A stretch of 64,000 nt of DNA from Candidatus Bathyarchaeota archaeon (GTDB lineage Archaea; Thermoproteota; Bathyarchaeia; Bathyarchaeales; Bathycorpusculaceae), in contig OY970340.1 in NCBI GenBank assembly GCA_963717465.1, positions 32,001-96,000 of the forward strand. The letters run 5' to 3'. Both the position numbers and the translations under genes were made by a program. This document shows positions 1 through 11,524 of this stretch, in pieces (positions within the stretch are counted from its first letter, which is position 1; each line of letters begins with the position of its first letter). A model generated the notes under the pieces. It worked only from the letters and a program-made list of their open reading frames with translations, made no database searches and had not been told where the DNA came from.

Positions 1-429
1 GGCTACCCTTATCCGACTAGTCCGCTTGTTGAAGCAGTGATTGATTCGGCTATAAACGCGTCAACTGAGGATCCAAGGTTCAATCCGTTAACGATAAATG
101 AGCTTGGCAAAGTGGTTTTTGAAGTAAGTGTTCTTACGCCTCCAGAAAAAATCGAAGTTAAAAACCCTCAGGAATACGTAAACAAGATAAAAGTTGGGGA
201 AGACGGCTTAATCGTTGAAAAAGGCTTCTACAAGGGATTGCTTCTACCGCAGGTACCTGTTGAATGGGGATGGGGTGAAGAAGAGTTTTTGTGCCAATGC
301 TGCCTTAAAGCAGGAGTTCCAGTTGATACTTGGTTGACCAAAGAAGCTAAGATCTACAAGTTTAAAGGAATTGTTTTTGAAGAAGAATCTCCATTGGGCG
401 AAATTAAGCGCATGAAGCTTGCTAAATAA
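1..429 (+). CDS. AMMECR1-domain protein (AmmeMemoRadiSam protein A / TIGR00296-like), 5'-truncated by window edge
   Basis: Frame 1 is open from base 1 (GYPYPTSPLVEAVIDSAINASTEDPRF); contains EVSVLT, GLLLPQV and CxKAG motifs. Confidence 0.9.
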   Translation, partial: GYPYPTSPLVEAVIDSAINASTEDPRFNPLTINELGKVVFEVSVLTPPEKIEVKNPQEYVNKIKVGEDGLIVEKGFYKGLLLPQVPVEWGWGEEEFLCQCCLKAGVPVDTWLTKEAKIYKFKGIVFEEESPLGEIKRMKLAK

Positions 430-432
430 TTC

Positions 433-1569
433 TTAGTTTAGGTTTTCAATGATTTGCACTGCTCTATCTAAGCCTTTTCTTTCACTCGAAAATTTGTTTA
501 GTAAGCTCATATTCTTTTTAAAGTAATCTTGCTCGTTTTCGATTCTTTTTATAGCTTGAGCTAATTCTTTCTTGTTCTTAACAGTGATTGAGCAACCTAA
601 GTCTTCAAGCTTCCGAGCGTTAGCCAATTGCTCAGGTTGTGTTGGAATGCATATGCTTGGTTTTGCATACTTTATAGTTTCAAAACATGCGTTATGTCCA
701 CCGCTGAAAATTACGAACTTAGCGTTTTTCATACAGTTTTGGCGTTCAATTGAAGATAACCAAGTGTGGATTTCAGTGTTCCCAATTTCCACTTTGGTTT
801 TTTTTCCAGGCAAACCCAAGCTTATTACGCTTTTCGTTTTTAATTCTTGAATAACTGGAAAGACGATTTTTTGAAGCCTTGATCTCGTTCCGAGAGGTCC
901 GCTTATTGGAACAAAAATGTGCTCACTTGAACCTTCCACGAGATTTGTGTCAAGAAAATTTCCGACAAACTCGGTTTTTTCTCCTAAACCTATTTTGTCT
1001 AAGTCGCCAATGTTATATTCTGAAATTGTGTAAGGGGGCGGGTTATCTGGAATGATTATTTTTGAACTTCGTTTTACATAACGCTCTACTAATCGTTCAC
1101 CAGGACTCAACAGAGCAGAAAAACCGCAGCTTGGTCTAATCATGTTAGCAATATAAACTGAAGGAATTTTCCATCTAAGAGCCAAACGAAGAGCGTTAAT
1201 ATCCCCGTCGGAAACGAGTACGTCTGGCGCAATATCCTTGAGATTTTCTCTTAAGTCATAGTAATGGTGGATTGTCTCCATAGCACTTGAACTTTTCATT
1301 TCAACTCTGCCTGTTTCAACATTAAAAAATGGCAAAGGAAATAGTATATTAATCATTGATAATGAGGTGATTATGCCTTGACTATTTTCATACCATGCTA
1401 CCGGAGTGCAGTGATAGACGTTTTTGAATTCTTTTTGCAGCAATTCAAAAGCTTTGCCTCCGGAGAAAAAAAACATTTCATGATTCTTTTTCCCAAGTTC
1501 TTTCCCCAATGCCAAAATACGGGAAACATGACCAAGGCCAAGCTCTGTACAACTAATCAACAGGCGCAC
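433..1569 (-). CDS. GT-B fold glycosyltransferase (MurG/MJ1255-like)
   Basis: N-terminal GLGHVSR motif; C-terminal SGGHN...E...KP...IP..QPEQ..NA nucleotide-sugar binding motif. Confidence 0.8.
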   Translation of the reverse strand: MRLLISCTELGLGHVSRILALGKELGKKNHEMFFFSGGKAFELLQKEFKNVYHCTPVAWYENSQGIITSLSMINILFPLPFFNVETGRVEMKSSSAMETIHHYYDLRENLKDIAPDVLVSDGDINALRLALRWKIPSVYIANMIRPSCGFSALLSPGERLVERYVKRSSKIIIPDNPPPYTISEYNIGDLDKIGLGEKTEFVGNFLDTNLVEGSSEHIFVPISGPLGTRSRLQKIVFPVIQELKTKSVISLGLPGKKTKVEIGNTEIHTWLSSIERQNCMKNAKFVIFSGGHNACFETIKYAKPSICIPTQPEQLANARKLEDLGCSITVKNKKELAQAIKRIENEQDYFKKNMSLLNKFSSERKGLDRAVQIIENLN

Positions 1570-1657
1570 TTAATCACCAGTCACGAATTCTCCAATCATT
1601 TACTTTAAGATTGTAAAAAAGCAAGTGATTTAAACCTTTAACACTAAAATAAAGGAT

Positions 1658-2510
1658 ATGTTTATTCCACGAAGAATAATCGAAGAAAAACTCCATCAAC
1701 TTCTTGCTGAAGACGTCGGCCAGGGTGACGTTTCTGCTGCAATCGTTCCTCCTGGATTAAAGGTGAACGCGGTTATTATTGCTAAAGATGATGGTGTGTT
1801 AGCTGGAATTCAAGAAACAGCCATTTTTGCTGAATATTTAGGATTGAATGTAAAGACTCTGGTTGCAGATGGAGAAAAAATAGGGAATAGCACGGTTTTG
1901 ATGAAAATTTCTGGAGATGCCCAGACTATATTGTCTGCTGAAAGGACGATGTTGAACATGCTTTCTCGCATGAGTGGCATTGCGACAGCAACAAGAAGGT
2001 TAACGGAGAAAATTCGACAAAAGAATTCTAAAGCGAGAATTGCTGCTACTCGTAAGACTTGTCCGGGTTTTCGTTTTTTTGATAAAAAAGCAGTCATGAT
2101 TGGCGGCGGCGACCCTCATAGACTTCATTTGGATGACATGATACTGATAAAAGATAATCATATTGCAATTGTTGGAAGTGTTGAGGAAGCAGTTGAAAAA
2201 GCTAAGCGTGTCGCTTCTTTTAGCAAAAAAATTGAGGTTGAAGTTACTAAATCAGCGGATGCTTTAAAGGCGGCAGCATCGTGGCGCTGATGTAGTCATG
2301 CTGGATAATTTTTCTCCCAAGCAGATTGATCAGACAGTGGAATTGTTGAAGAAAAATGGTTTTTCTGGCAAGGTTTTGTTGGAGGCAAGTGGCGGAATTT
2401 CAGAGAAAAACATTCTTGAATACGCAGAAACGCAAGTGGATATTTTAAGTTTAGGAGAACTCACACATAGCGTTAAAGCGCTCGATATCAGTTTAGAAAT
2501 AACCAAATAA
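1658..2510 (+). CDS. nadC: Quinolinate phosphoribosyltransferase, split by a frameshift near 2280 (probable sequencing indel)
   Basis: ED..GD, ERT.LN, TRKT.PG, HR..L.D..LIKDNH and KIEVEV in 1658..2290; MLDNF, EASGGI and S.G.LTHS in 2298..2510. Confidence 0.92.
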
Positions 2511-2536
2511 AATAATCGCTAACCATCATTTATTTG

Positions 2537-3088
2537 TTAATAGCCATTTATTATTAACCACGATTCAAGCAGAGCACTTAAAATAAGTATAATGCCACAG
2601 ACTCCTATTAGTATTACAGCATTCTTAAGTTCGCCATACTTTTGCTGAAGTATCCTACGCAAAAGCCATATGCCCTCTGCCAAAGCAATTGCATATGCAG
2701 AAAATTCTATCCATGTAACGGGTGAAGCGAGTAAGTTGATTATTTCCAGTATTACCGGGTAGCCTCTTACAGTGGCAATAGCGCCAAGTGCAATGCCAGT
2801 GTTTAAGATTGTTGCTAAACCCATTATTAGTCCAGCTAAAGGAACAAACATAACAAGACAAATGCGAAAATTATTCAGGAAAATTGATGCTGTTGCAAGA
2901 CCTAAATTCGTTCCGTAACTGCTAACTGTTTGATTCAAATCATTGTAAATAGAGTTAGCGTACTCACGATTTACAGGTATATAGCTACCGATTATAGTGA
3001 ACAAGAGAACAATTACGAACATAAAAAGTGTCAAGTAGATTCTTTTCTGCATGGATGAAGCGTTTTTCCAAAATAAGGGAAAATCCAT
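2537..3088 (-). CDS. SpoIIM-like (stage II sporulation protein M family) membrane protein
   Basis: IFLNNFRI, NTG..LG, IEF.AY and SALLE motifs; several transmembrane segments. Confidence 0.7.
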   Translation of the reverse strand: MDFPLFWKNASSMQKRIYLTLFMFVIVLLFTIIGSYIPVNREYANSIYNDLNQTVSSYGTNLGLATASIFLNNFRICLVMFVPLAGLIMGLATILNTGIALGAIATVRGYPVILEIINLLASPVTWIEFSAYAIALAEGIWLLRRILQQKYGELKNAVILIGVCGIILILSALLESWLIINGY

Positions 3089-3211
3089 TTTCTAAAGTGA
3101 CCTTCGTTTAGTTTAACGGTTCCATTTAAGGCATAAAATGCTGATATATAAGGATTTTAGCTTTTTTTAGTTAAATTAGCTTTCAACTAATTATCATGAA
3201 GAATCTTAGAT

Positions 3212-3828
3212 TTAACCTGATCGCTTCAAGCCTAAAGCTAAAACGTACATTTCTGAGCTTTTAGCTCGGCTTGCTTTTGGTTTAACGATTCTTACATCTT
3301 CAAAATGCATTTTTAATGTTTGCAAATAATCGTTAAGCATGTCGCCTTCGAATACTTTTACAAAAAAGTCTCCGCCCCAATCAAGAACGCATAAGGCAAT
3401 GTCTAAGGCTTTAGTTGCTAAATCAATTTGTCTGGCATGATCAACTTCCCAGATGCCTGAAATATTTGGTGCAGCATCCGAAATTACTACGTCAGCTTTA
3501 TGCGGCAGAAAAGAGAGGATTTGCTGGGCTGTTTCAGGTTCAGTTATGTCAGCTATGATTGTTCTAATGTATTCTTGAGTGAAAGGTTCAATTGGTTGCA
3601 GGTCTACGCCTAAAACAAAGCCGTGTTTTCCCAGTCATTTTTCTTGCTGCTTGAATCCATCCTCCTGGAGCAGCGCCTAAATCAACTACAACATCTTTTA
3701 GTCTGAATGAACTGGTATTTTTCGTTTGCTTGGACAAGCTTGTACGTGGCTCTGGAACGGTAGTTTTCTGCTTTGGCTTTTTTGTAGTAGTATTCACGTT
3801 TTCTATCTTGAATCCAGGCTTTCGGCAT
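3212..3828 (-). CDS. rlmE: 23S rRNA 2'-O-methyltransferase RlmE/FtsJ, with two apparent frameshifts
   Basis: [47 protein letters not shown] and [13 protein letters not shown] found across three frames. Confidence 0.9.
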
Positions 3829-3875
3829 CAGAGTCATCCTCTTGCATGGTTGGAGCCTGAATCGCAGACGGTGCG

Positions 3876-4232
3876 TCAAGCCTGTTTGTCTAGGTTTAAT
3901 ATCCAGTCTGTGAGTCTTGGGCAAGTTTTAGGGGAAATTGCGGTTGTTGGGTCACATCTTGCGTTGTCGGGGCAGAGCAAGCATGGACAATCAACGATTG
4001 TTTCTATAGAAGCAGGAAGCCTTTTAGGGTAAAGCCTGTAGGTCCATCTGCCTTCTTGAAGTTCTTTTTCACGGCGGATTAACCCTTTTTCTTCCAGTTT
4101 GATTGATATGCGTGATCCTTCTCGGCTGCTTGCGCCAAGTTCACGCCATAAATCTGATTGAAGCACACCTTGATAGCCTGTATTTACAACGAAATGGAGT
4201 GCTTTCTGTTCAAGGTCATTACGTTTAGGCAT
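3876..4232 (-). CDS. tfeB: Transcription factor E beta subunit / RPC34 homolog (winged helix plus C-terminal Fe-S cysteines)
   Basis: Winged helix ([24 protein letters not shown]) followed by PCxxCPxxxxCxxxxxISPxxCxxLxxW, typical of RPC34/TFE-beta C-termini. Confidence 0.75.
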   Translation of the reverse strand: MPKRNDLEQKALHFVVNTGYQGVLQSDLWRELGASSREGSRISIKLEEKGLIRREKELQEGRWTYRLYPKRLPASIETIVDCPCLLCPDNARCDPTTAISPKTCPRLTDWILNLDKQA

Positions 4233-4317
4233 TTAGTACCAATCCAAATAATGCAATTAAATATAAGCGTTGATTCGAGATAAAAATATGTATCCCTCTG
4301 TATAGACGATAATTAAC

Positions 4318-5340
<1,023 letters not shown>

Positions 5341-5353
<13 letters not shown>

Positions 5354-6000
5354 CTGAACCATTGCTGCTGAAGAAGGGCGCGGAAGCCAGCCTCTTTGTT
5401 TTGGATTGGCATGGACGAAAAGCGATCATAAAGATGCGCCTGCCGAAAAGGTACAGGCCAGAGGCTTTGGATGCGCGGATACGAAGTTACAGAACTATAC
5501 ATGAACCACAGTTGATGCATGAAGCAAAAACTGCTGGAGTGCCAACGCCACTGATTTTTATGGTTAACGTTGCGGAATCCGCGATTACAATGGAGTTTGT
5601 AGAGGGCAAGCAGGTTAAGCATGTGCTAAACAGGGTTTCAAAAGCGAAAAGACGAAAAATATGCAGAGAAATTGGAGAATTAATCGGCAAACTCCATAAG
5701 CACGGGTTGATTCATGGCGACTTAACAACCTCCAACATGATTCTCACCGCTGAAGGCAAGATTTTCTTTGTAGATTTTGGTTTAGGTGAAAAAAACAGTG
5801 AGTTGGAAGCCCAAGGCGTGGATTTGCATTTGATGAAGCGGGCGTTGCAGAGTACGCATTTTATGTTTTGGGAAGAATGCTTTGAGCAGGTGCTTTATGG
5901 TTACTCAAAGGTTGTCGGTGAAGTTTTGGCGGAAAAGGTTTATGAGAAAATTAGGGAGATAGAAAGGCGAGGACGCTACATTGAAGAACGAAAGCTCTAA
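5341..6000 (+). CDS. bud32: KEOPS kinase Bud32
   Basis: KGAEA, HGDLTTSN, DFGL, VDLHL and RGRY motifs; adjacent to kae1. Confidence 0.95.
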
Positions 6001-6601
6001 AGGCAATTTTAAGCTAAGGGGTAGAGTGGTTTTTTTTGCGACTGGTAACGTTAACAAGTTTAATGAAGCCTGCAGTGTGCTTGGTTCGCGTGGTTTGGCT
6101 TTAGGTATGCTTCGTGTTAAAGATGTTGAAATTCAAAGTGACAGCCTAAAAGAAATTGCTTCGGCGAGTGTTGTTGAAGCGTTTAAGCGGTGTAATTTGC
6201 CAGTTTTCGTGGAGGATGCAGGATTGTTCATAGAAGCGCTTAATGGTTTTCCTGGACCATACGCGGCGTACGTGTATAAGACGATTAATAATGATGGCAT
6301 CTTAAAACTGCTAAATAATATGGAGAATAGGCGTGCCAAGTTCCAGTCGGCAATAGCTTACCTTGATGAAACACTCAGTGAACCATTATGTTTTAGGGTG
6401 AATCCAAGTGGCAAAATAACGTTAACTCAACGAAGGCAACAGGGAAAGCCAGGGTTTGGTTTTGACCCGATTTTTCAGCCAGATGGCAGCGAGAAATCTT
6501 TTGCGGAGATGACGATTGAGGAAAAAAATGGGTTCTCCCATAGAGCCGATGCACTGCACAAAGTTTGCTCAATACTACAAGAGTTTGAAGCTTTAGCCTA
6601 A
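5981..6601 (+). CDS. rdgB: Non-canonical purine NTP pyrophosphatase (RdgB/HAM1)
   Basis: ATGNVNKF, EDAGL, GFPGPY, GFGFDPIF and KN..SHR motifs. Confidence 0.93.
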   Translation: MKNESSKGNFKLRGRVVFFATGNVNKFNEACSVLGSRGLALGMLRVKDVEIQSDSLKEIASASVVEAFKRCNLPVFVEDAGLFIEALNGFPGPYAAYVYKTINNDGILKLLNNMENRRAKFQSAIAYLDETLSEPLCFRVNPSGKITLTQRRQQGKPGFGFDPIFQPDGSEKSFAEMTIEEKNGFSHRADALHKVCSILQEFEALA

Positions 6602-6609
6602 GGGATGCC

Positions 6610-7251
6610 TTGTTGGGTATGCAAGTGGAAGTGTGGTTTGATATTGCGTGCCCATATTGTTATGCAGGTGAACGTCATTTTGAAATGGCCTTAGAACAAT
6701 TTGAGCATAAAGATGAAGTGAATGTGGTTTTTCGGTGCTATCAGATTGATCCCGATGTTGAAAAAACGGTAAATCATAACATGCATGCCCATGTTGCAGA
6801 AAAATATGGAATATCTTATAAACTTGCTAAAGAGTGGAATGATCAATTAGCAGAAATCGCCTTGGAAGTAGGCTTGCGTTACGATTTTGAAAAAATGATT
6901 GTAACAAACTCTTACGATGCCTTGCGACTCTGCTATTTTGCGAAAGAGCATGGAAAAATGAAAGAAATGATTAACCGACTCCTGAAAGCCTACTTCAATG
7001 ATAACCTAAATATTAGTAACTTTGAAACGCTTGCTACACTTGCAGCCGAAATCGGGCTGGATTACAAAAAAGCTCTTTTAGCGTTATCCAATGGCTTGTA
7101 CGCCGAAAATATAATCGAGGATAAAGAAGATGGCGACAGATTAGACATTGAAAGTGTGCCATGCTTCATCTTCAATGGCAAAAACAGAATCTCTGGAGAC
7201 AACTCAAGCGAAGTATTCTTAGAAATGTTAGAAAATGCTTGGAAAAAATAG
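6610..7251 (+). CDS. DsbA/FrnE-family thiol oxidoreductase
   Basis: WFDIACPYCY (CxxC) and cis-Pro motif SVPCF. Confidence 0.88.
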   Translation: MLGMQVEVWFDIACPYCYAGERHFEMALEQFEHKDEVNVVFRCYQIDPDVEKTVNHNMHAHVAEKYGISYKLAKEWNDQLAEIALEVGLRYDFEKMIVTNSYDALRLCYFAKEHGKMKEMINRLLKAYFNDNLNISNFETLATLAAEIGLDYKKALLALSNGLYAENIIEDKEDGDRLDIESVPCFIFNGKNRISGDNSSEVFLEMLENAWKK

Positions 7252-7360
7252 ATTAATTCGCTTATTTTTTCTGATACTCTGAGAAGTGGATGTTGCACTT
7301 AAAGGGATTACTTTTAAATATTCGTGTTCCGTGGAAGTAATGCGAAAGTTAGGTGTAACG

Positions 7361-7801
7361 ATGCCCAAACAGGAAAAAGGAAAATCCCATTCAATAAGGC
7401 CTGTAAGCAGGCGGCCTCCAAGCTGGTGCAAGTATCAGCCTGAAGAAGTAGAAGCATTTGTCATAAAGTTAGCTAAGGAAGGTCATAATACCAGTAGTAT
7501 AGGCACGATTCTTAGGGATCAATATGCGATTCCATTAGTCAAGCACATAGTGGGAAAGAGTATTAGTGACATTCTTGAAGATGCAAACTTAGCTCCAACA
7601 ATGCCTGAGGATCTTACAAATTTGATGAAGAAAGCCCAAGGTCTTGCAGTTCACATGGAGAAGAACAAGAAGGATTTGCATAACAAGCGCAACATGCAGA
7701 TAATCGAGGCAAGGATTCACAAGCTTTCACGATATTACAAGCGTGAGGGCATTTTATCGAAGAACTGGAAGTACGAAGCAAAAATCGCTTCAGTAAGCTA
7801 A
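7361..7801 (+). CDS. rps15: 30S ribosomal protein S15 (uS15)
   Basis: GKSHS.RP, IG.ILRDQY.IP, PEDL..L, KDLHNKR and I.KL.RYYK motifs; ATG at 7361. Confidence 0.96.
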   Translation: MPKQEKGKSHSIRPVSRRPPSWCKYQPEEVEAFVIKLAKEGHNTSSIGTILRDQYAIPLVKHIVGKSISDILEDANLAPTMPEDLTNLMKKAQGLAVHMEKNKKDLHNKRNMQIIEARIHKLSRYYKREGILSKNWKYEAKIASVS

Positions 7802-7906
7802 AATAATCCTTTTCTTTAATTGTAACATTCTTTTTTAAGTCGCCAACTTTAGATCAGATTAATCATTCTATTTAAAAATCTTGAAAGGCTGAAGTACTTA
7901 GGCAAG

Positions 7907-9484
7907 TTAAATTTTGAGTTTTATCAAGAGTTTTTCTATTAAAGTCAGGACTATGTCGGCTAGTTTGCCTACGGGTCCTAAGCTGCTGGTCATTTCACGC
8001 AGATTACTCATGTCGAATCTAGCGACACTTCTTGTCAAAATTATCATTGCCACGTACGAAAACAAAAAGATCACTATGCCTATTATTAGCTGAATTACAG
8101 GGTGAAGAGGCAAATAAACCACAAAATAGGAGAGGAAAGCGGCTACGGCAGAGGAAAGAGTGATCTTTCCAGACGCAGCCCAATTGACTGTTGCATTGTA
8201 ACGTTTTTTTAAGAAAATTAAGCCGATAATAGTGCTTGGCACTCCGTCAAATATTAAGGTGATAAGCATGCCCAGAACACCATATCGCGAAATCGTCAAA
8301 AGTCCTAGCGGCACACCCATAGCGACTCCTACTAGGGCAAGCTCTATCTTTATTTTGACCTCGTCTTGACTGTTAATTAAACTGTTCATGCTGAACATGC
8401 CGAATGCTACAAATGCATAGTTAATGGCGAGAATCGATAGGTCAAATGGCGCTTGAGCATAACTATGACCAAAAATCGTTGATATCCCTGGTCCTGAAAG
8501 CGCCATCACGATTGCGATCACGGGCATAACAAATAAAGTCGAATATCTCACCGAAGACTGGAAAACACTCGCAAGCATCGTTCCATCTTTGCTGCCACCA
8601 AGTTTAGAAAACGCTGGGAACAACATAGTGCTAATCGGCGTGGCAACAAACCCTATTATAACAAGAAAATTTTGGGCTAAATTGTAGTTACCGATAATTG
8701 CATTGTTAGCAACGTAAATCGCAAGCAGAAAAAGATAAAACTGGCCAAGAAAACCGCTGATAATATCACCAAGAGATAAAGGCAACCCAAACCGTAATAG
8801 CACCCGAATGTTCTTTGCAAGATTTAATTTGTTTGAACCTAGACTTGGTAAGTTTTTGTAGATTGTCCACATAAGAAAGAGCCCAATTAAAGCACTGACT
8901 AAATAGGCTAATGTATACCCTGTGGTAGCGCCAAACAAGCCTAAGCCGATGATAGCAAGTGTGGGAGCAACCACAGCTCTAATTGTAGATTGACTTACAA
9001 CCATTATACTATTAAGATGCATTTTCTCGACCCCAGTAAAAGCGGCAGTTGCAGTGTTAGCAAGTGCTTGACCTAAAATGCTAAAGGAAACCACTTGAAT
9101 TAAGGGCTCAATATAGGGGCGATGAAAAATGTTTGCGGCTAAATATGGTGATAGCGCAAAACAGATAAGTGAAAGCGCCAGTCCCAGTAACGTTTTGACT
9201 ATTAGCCCAGATAGAAAGATGCTTCTTATTTCAGCTGCTCTGTTTTCAGTTTTGAGCCGTGCCGTATAACGAGTAATCGCATACGATACTCCTAAATCTT
9301 GAAGTAAACCGATAAGAGTAGGCGCGGCTAAAGCTACAGCGTACAAGCCATAATTGCCTTCACCAAGAACCGAAGCAAGGATAATTGCGCCGACTGCAGA
9401 AATCACTGTGGAAGCAAAAAGTCCCCACATAACATGGAAACTGCCCTTCACAAAAGTTTTACTAATATCCGTATCTTTACTCAT
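7907..9484 (-). CDS. MOP-superfamily polysaccharide flippase (Wzx-like)
   Basis: Many transmembrane segments; LG..NYGLY, DLGV..A.TRY, FGLPL, IGNYNLA and LFPAFS motifs. Confidence 0.82.
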   Translation of the reverse strand: MSKDTDISKTFVKGSFHVMWGLFASTVISAVGAIILASVLGEGNYGLYAVALAAPTLIGLLQDLGVSYAITRYTARLKTENRAAEIRSIFLSGLIVKTLLGLALSLICFALSPYLAANIFHRPYIEPLIQVVSFSILGQALANTATAAFTGVEKMHLNSIMVVSQSTIRAVVAPTLAIIGLGLFGATTGYTLAYLVSALIGLFLMWTIYKNLPSLGSNKLNLAKNIRVLLRFGLPLSLGDIISGFLGQFYLFLLAIYVANNAIIGNYNLAQNFLVIIGFVATPISTMLFPAFSKLGGSKDGTMLASVFQSSVRYSTLFVMPVIAIVMALSGPGISTIFGHSYAQAPFDLSILAINYAFVAFGMFSMNSLINSQDEVKIKIELALVGVAMGVPLGLLTISRYGVLGMLITLIFDGVPSTIIGLIFLKKRYNATVNWAASGKITLSSAVAAFLSYFVVYLPLHPVIQLIIGIVIFLFSYVAMIILTRSVARFDMSNLREMTSSLGPVGKLADIVLTLIEKLLIKLKI

Positions 9485-9689
9485 TAACCAGCCTGCTAAA
9501 GCAATTTTGTCAAAAAAAACAATGGAAACCCGCCACTTAATACTTTTGGTTCAACAAACTAAACCATCTAAAACAAGTTCCAAAACGGAGCAAGGATTAG
9601 TCGACTGTCATTTCAAGATATTACACATTCAATCTAAAAACTCTTTAATAATTAGATTAAACCCTATTTTGGCAAACAGTGACCAATGA

Positions 9690-11156
9690 ATGGCTACAAC
9701 CCAAACGCCGGCGGAAGAATTCTTAGCATCAGCTCAAACAGCAGCAAGAACAATATGCAAGATCGTTGAGGAAGATGGTTTCATCGATGTTTTTTCGCAC
9801 TTAGACGCCGACGGGATTGCAGCTGCAGGAATAATTGGAAAAGCCCTCTACAGGATGGACGCAAAATTCCGGATACGAATTACTCAATGGGTTGACGAGA
9901 AAATCATCGGTGACATAATAGCGGATAAACCGCAACTTGTAATTCTAACGGATTTTGGAAGCGGTTACCTTGACCTGTTAAACGAGAAAGTCCCAGATTT
10001 CCGCATAGTAATTCTTGATCACCATCAAATAGCTGGCACGCTGGACAGCGAAAACATTGTGCAGGTTAACCCGCACGTTTACGGAATCGATGGAGCAACC
10101 GACATTAGCGGTTCAGGAGTAGCATATCTCACTGCAAGGGCATTAGATCCTAAGAATGTTGATTTGGCGCCCATAGCCTTAGTTGGCGCGCTTGGTGACA
10201 TGCAGGATAGGACTGAGCAGCGGGAACTGCGGGGTTTAAACCAGATAATTGTTAAAGACGCGGTTGAGTCAGGTTTAGTTAAAGTTGAGAAGGATTTAAC
10301 TTTTTTTGGGAGAGAAACAAGACCAATCCACAAAACACTCGCCACGACGACGAACCCGTTCATTCCAGGCTTAAGCGGAGAGGAAGACAAAAGCTTGGCT
10401 TTTCTTGCGAGTTTAAACATTAAGATTAGAAACGGAGAAAAATGGCGGGCGCTGCGTGACCTCTCGGAGGAGGAGAAGAAGCGGTTATGCACTGGATTGG
10501 CGGAGCACTTGTTGTCAAAAGGGTTGCATTTGGAAGTTGCAAACCTAATCGGCAACATTTACGTTTTAACCCGTGAGGAACCTTGGACGGCTCTGCGGGA
10601 TGCAAGGGAATTCGCCGTAGTTTTAAACTCGGCTGGACGCATGGACCGCCCAAGCCTAGGCATAGCCATTTGCATGGGTGATCGTGGAGCAGCACTTGAA
10701 GAAGCCAACATGATACTTGAGGATTACCGAAAAAACATAAACAAGTACCTTAGCTGGGTAATGGAAAAACCAGAACGAATGAGAGAACACGACAACATCT
10801 ACGTGATCTATGGAGAAAACTTCATAAACGAAAAAATCGTCGGCACCGTCTCATCCATAATAGTCTCAAGCTTACCAAACCCGCAAAAACCGCTAATTGC
10901 CTTCGCAAACGTCGAGAAAGAAGCAGCCGCAAAATTCTCAGCAAGAACAACCGATGCAGCGGTCAGCATGGGAGTTAATTTGGGAGTGGTTATGCGGTAT
11001 GGATCTGAAAAGCACGGTGGAAAAGGAGGAGGACACAACATAGCCGCCGGAGCACAGGTGCCGCTGGATAAGATTGATGATTTCGTTAAAACCGTAAATG
11101 AACTGGTTGGCAAGCAATTAAAAGGTGAAACGATTGGAAGCAACAATAACGCTTGA
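9690..11156 (+). CDS. DHH-family phosphoesterase (archaeal RecJ/GAN-like)
   Basis: HLDADG, TDFG, LDHH, GALGD and GGGH motifs; usual position next to rps15 and pcc1. Confidence 0.9.
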   Translation: MATTQTPAEEFLASAQTAARTICKIVEEDGFIDVFSHLDADGIAAAGIIGKALYRMDAKFRIRITQWVDEKIIGDIIADKPQLVILTDFGSGYLDLLNEKVPDFRIVILDHHQIAGTLDSENIVQVNPHVYGIDGATDISGSGVAYLTARALDPKNVDLAPIALVGALGDMQDRTEQRELRGLNQIIVKDAVESGLVKVEKDLTFFGRETRPIHKTLATTTNPFIPGLSGEEDKSLAFLASLNIKIRNGEKWRALRDLSEEEKKRLCTGLAEHLLSKGLHLEVANLIGNIYVLTREEPWTALRDAREFAVVLNSAGRMDRPSLGIAICMGDRGAALEEANMILEDYRKNINKYLSWVMEKPERMREHDNIYVIYGENFINEKIVGTVSSIIVSSLPNPQKPLIAFANVEKEAAAKFSARTTDAAVSMGVNLGVVMRYGSEKHGGKGGGHNIAAGAQVPLDKIDDFVKTVNELVGKQLKGETIGSNNNA

Positions 11157-11391
11157 GTACGTCGACGTAAAGACGGCAGAAGCCATAGCCAAGGCGGTTT
11201 CTCCAGATAACTTTAAAACGCCAGCTGGATTAACGGTGAAAACCGCCATAGAAAACAACAAGGTAATTACTGAAATAAAATGCGAAGGAAAAATAGCCAC
11301 CTTAAACGCAACCATCGACGATTTACTATTTTGCGTTTCAACAGCAGAAAAAACCCTAAAAACAATAGATAAAACAAAAAGCAGACACTAA
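11125..11391 (+). CDS. pcc1: KEOPS subunit Pcc1
   Basis: AI.KAVSPDN and TL.ATIDDLL motifs; directly follows the DHH gene. Confidence 0.85.
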   Translation: MKRLEATITLEYVDVKTAEAIAKAVSPDNFKTPAGLTVKTAIENNKVITEIKCEGKIATLNATIDDLLFCVSTAEKTLKTIDKTKSRH

Positions 11392-11524
11392 CTCTCAACA
11401 ATTGTTCACTTTTTAAGCGGCCACGAAAGGTACAAGTTGGCGATTTCACTAAGTGGTTAGGATAACATTTTTAGGCTTACACAACAGTTTCTTACCAAAA
11501 ATAGTTAACGAGGAAAATTAACTC

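Noticed and set aside
9354..9689. Antisense or overlapping ORFs in the track (for example 9354..9689, 10079..10558, 17192..17662, 21128..21505, 37854 extension)
   Set aside because: They are shadow frames of well-supported genes on the opposite strand and have no recognisable motifs.
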